From the IMG/VR virus record IMGVR_UViG_3300048915_000060: a stretch of DNA of 39,542 nucleotides; one strand, 5' to 3'. This document shows positions 38,089 to 39,542 of this stretch, in pieces. The position numbers and the translations under genes are program-made. Numbering within the stretch: the first letter of the stretch is position 1; each line of letters opens with the position of its first letter. The notes below the pieces were generated by a model that did no database searches, had not been told where the DNA came from, and was given only the letters and a program-made list of their open reading frames with translations. This DNA is from a virus.

Positions 38089-39141
38089 TTACATCGTAAA
38101 GCCGTAGCTATTGCCGCCACCGCTGTAATAGGGACTGGAGTTGAATGCGCCGCTGAAGTCGCCGCCGCCGAATGATCCGGTAGTACCACCGAACAGGTTA
38201 CCCCAGCTGCCTGCGTTCTGGTACGCGCTGCCGAGACCTTGTACGCCTTGCCCGATTGCCTGACCGCCGAGCGCGCCAGCGGCACCAGCGGCCTGCGCCT
38301 GGTTCTGGTAAGCCACCTGTTGCGCACCCTGCCCCTGGTTCGCGTACGGAATGTACTGATTCTGGATCGCCTGACCCGGGCCGTACACGTTCTGGTTCAG
38401 GAACTGACCGAATTGCCCCGCCAGTTGCCCTTGATTGGCGGCAATATCCTGCGCGGTCTGGTACGGCAACTGCCCGCCCTGAAGCGTGTAACCCGCCCCC
38501 GCGCCGCCGAGTGCGCCGCCCTGCGCCGCCGCCTGCCCGGCGGCGCCCGCCGCCTGCCCGTAACCTTGCAAACCCGCTAGCTGCCTTTGCAGTTGCTGGT
38601 TCTGCCAGTCGATATTGAAGTTACCAAGTGCCTGGTTCGCAACACCCGCGCCGGCAGCGCTGGACCCGAGCCCGTACATGCTGTTTGTGGCGCCCGTCTG
38701 GTCCTGCAATTGCTGGATTGACCGGTTGTAAAGCGCGCTCTGCGGATCGAGCGCGGTCTGATACGCCTGTGCGCCCGCGTTCAGCAGATTCTGTTGCTGC
38801 CCAAACTGGATACCGGCGGCATTGTTCAGTTGTTGCCCAAGGTAGCCATACTGGGCGCCCGCCTGGTTGGCGGCGTTCTGCACCTGCGGGCCGTACTGCT
38901 GGCCCGCCTGAATGCCTTGCCAGAGCGAATTCAACCCGTACTGGTCGAGGTCATACCCCATGTACTTGTTGTAGTTCTGGTTCTGGATACCCTGCCACTG
39001 CTGGTCGGCGGGCTGCAAACCCGTAGGCACATAGTACCCGCCTCCTCCACCTGAACCGCCGGAAGGAGATGGCGAAATAGCGCTCGAAATAGCTGAACCT
39101 GCGACCGATGCGGCGACTCCCGCTGCGACTCCCCAAGGCAT
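38089..39141 (-). CDS. Gln/Asn/Gly/Tyr-rich low-complexity protein
   Basis: 350 aa with an AAGGAG RBS. It is low-complexity throughout (GQQYGPQVQNAANQAGAQYGYLGQQLNNAAG...), with an N-terminal hydrophobic segment WGVAAGVAASVAGSAISSAI. Confidence 0.5.
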   Translation of the reverse strand: MPWGVAAGVAASVAGSAISSAISPSPSGGSGGGGGYYVPTGLQPADQQWQGIQNQNYNKYMGYDLDQYGLNSLWQGIQAGQQYGPQVQNAANQAGAQYGYLGQQLNNAAGIQFGQQQNLLNAGAQAYQTALDPQSALYNRSIQQLQDQTGATNSMYGLGSSAAGAGVANQALGNFNIDWQNQQLQRQLAGLQGYGQAAGAAGQAAAQGGALGGAGAGYTLQGGQLPYQTAQDIAANQGQLAGQFGQFLNQNVYGPGQAIQNQYIPYANQGQGAQQVAYQNQAQAAGAAGALGGQAIGQGVQGLGSAYQNAGSWGNLFGGTTGSFGGGDFSGAFNSSPYYSGGGNSYGFTM

Positions 39142-39144
39142 GAT

Positions 39145-39426
39145 TTACTCCTTATCGATGTCCGGGTCCGCTATCGCTTCCGAGTGAATGCAGAGCCAGG
39201 TGATGTCTGTTAATGCCTGAATGCGGTGTTTCTTGCCCGCCTTGATTTCCAGCATGCAAGGGCCGTCGATAACCCGCAATTCGCCATCCACTTCCACCAG
39301 CGCGCGGCCCGCGCCGAGATAGCTCAAGTGGTCGTAGTCGTGCGTGTGCTTCTCGACTTCCTGACCGGCGTTCAGCGTCTGCTCGCGCGCGTACACTCCG
39401 CCGGCTGAAAAGTGATGCTTAATCAT
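39145..39426 (-). CDS. Small cupin-domain protein
   Basis: 93 aa from the ATG at 39426 (ATGA overlap with the hydroxylase stop in the repeat copy). The track starts it at the GTG at 39435. AGQEVEKHTHDYDHLSYLGAG ... AGKKHRIQA are cupin motifs 1 and 2. Confidence 0.6.
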   Translation of the reverse strand: MIKHHFSAGGVYAREQTLNAGQEVEKHTHDYDHLSYLGAGRALVEVDGELRVIDGPCMLEIKAGKKHRIQALTDITWLCIHSEAIADPDIDKE

Positions 39427-39542
39427 CGCTCGCACCGCAGGCAGATAATCAGCGTGATCCGGTCATCCGGACCGTCGTTCGTGACTTCGTGCTCTTTCAG
39501 GTTATCGAAGTACCAGACTTCGCCTGGCGCCATCGCAACCCG
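39416..39542. repeat. Terminal direct repeat, copy 2 (identical to 1-127)
   Basis: Exact 127-bp duplicate. It contains a second, truncated copy of the last 40 codons of the hydroxylase gene, which is an artefact of linearisation. Confidence 0.9.

Noticed and set aside
1-39542. Prophage or temperate lifestyle (XRE, Cro-like and AlpA-like regulators present).
   Set aside because: No integrase or recombinase, no att-like repeats flanking host DNA and no CI-type repressor/operator switch were found. The window closes on itself as a free phage genome. The lifestyle therefore remains unproven, but prophage status is not supported.
39423-39542. A second (truncated) copy of the hydroxylase gene at the right end.
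   Set aside because: It lies wholly within the 127-bp terminal duplication, so it is a linearisation artefact of the circular assembly rather than a paralogue.

Overview
The window is one complete phage genome. Bases 1-127 recur exactly at 39416-39542, so the unit length is 39,415 bp. It is a GC-rich (about 60% by eye), podovirus-like dsDNA phage. The host is probably Gram-negative, possibly beta-proteobacterial; this is inferred from a secreted beta-barrel OMP gene, a GH19 endolysin and the GC bias. I support about 60 genes, mostly tightly packed and translationally coupled through ATGA, TAATG or GTGA overlaps. They fall into four blocks. (1) A minus-strand late block of about 24 kb starts at 16667, runs down through base 1, re-enters at 39426 and ends at 32306. 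It carries a 260-aa unknown protein, terL, portal, tail fibre, scaffold, an N4-gp56-type major capsid protein, tail proteins, a GH19 endolysin with a 3-TM holin, an Asp/Asn beta-hydroxylase, a cupin, three low-complexity putative ejection proteins and a PurD-like ATP-grasp enzyme. (2) A short plus-strand early operon lies at 17214-17674. (3) A minus-strand early/middle block lies at 23840-17722. It carries Cro-like and XRE regulators, micro membrane peptides, a secreted beta-barrel OMP, a heptad-repeat protein, an AlpA-like regulator, a PAPS-reductase-like enzyme and a PrimPol-helicase. (4) A plus-strand replication block lies at 23969-32367. It carries a DUF2800-type nuclease, a DUF2815-type SSB, a DNA methyltransferase, family A DNA polymerase, a VRR-NUC nuclease and an SNF2 helicase. 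I found no phage RNA polymerase, integrase, tRNA, CRISPR array, reverse transcriptase, recognisable small terminase or spanin pair. Items worth a second look: (a) five tandem micro-genes for highly basic peptides flanking terL; (b) an N-terminal 'LFPG' leader shared by scaffold, a 173-aa protein and the capsid protein, next to a mini zincin protease in the structural operon; (c) a TAGGGTC iteron / G-quadruplex array at the 3' end of the primase-helicase gene; (d) a 46-nt promoter-leader cassette present four times, with a fifth diverged copy; (e) a 75-aa membrane ORF at 34387-34614 that is absent from the supplied ORF track and shares a WQDAP motif with the 656-aa protein; (f) an (AAWSAxS)n heptad-repeat protein; (g) a hydroxylase, cupin and ATP-grasp enzyme set next to Q/N/G/Y-rich virion-type proteins. 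All functional calls come from motif recognition by eye. No database search was run.
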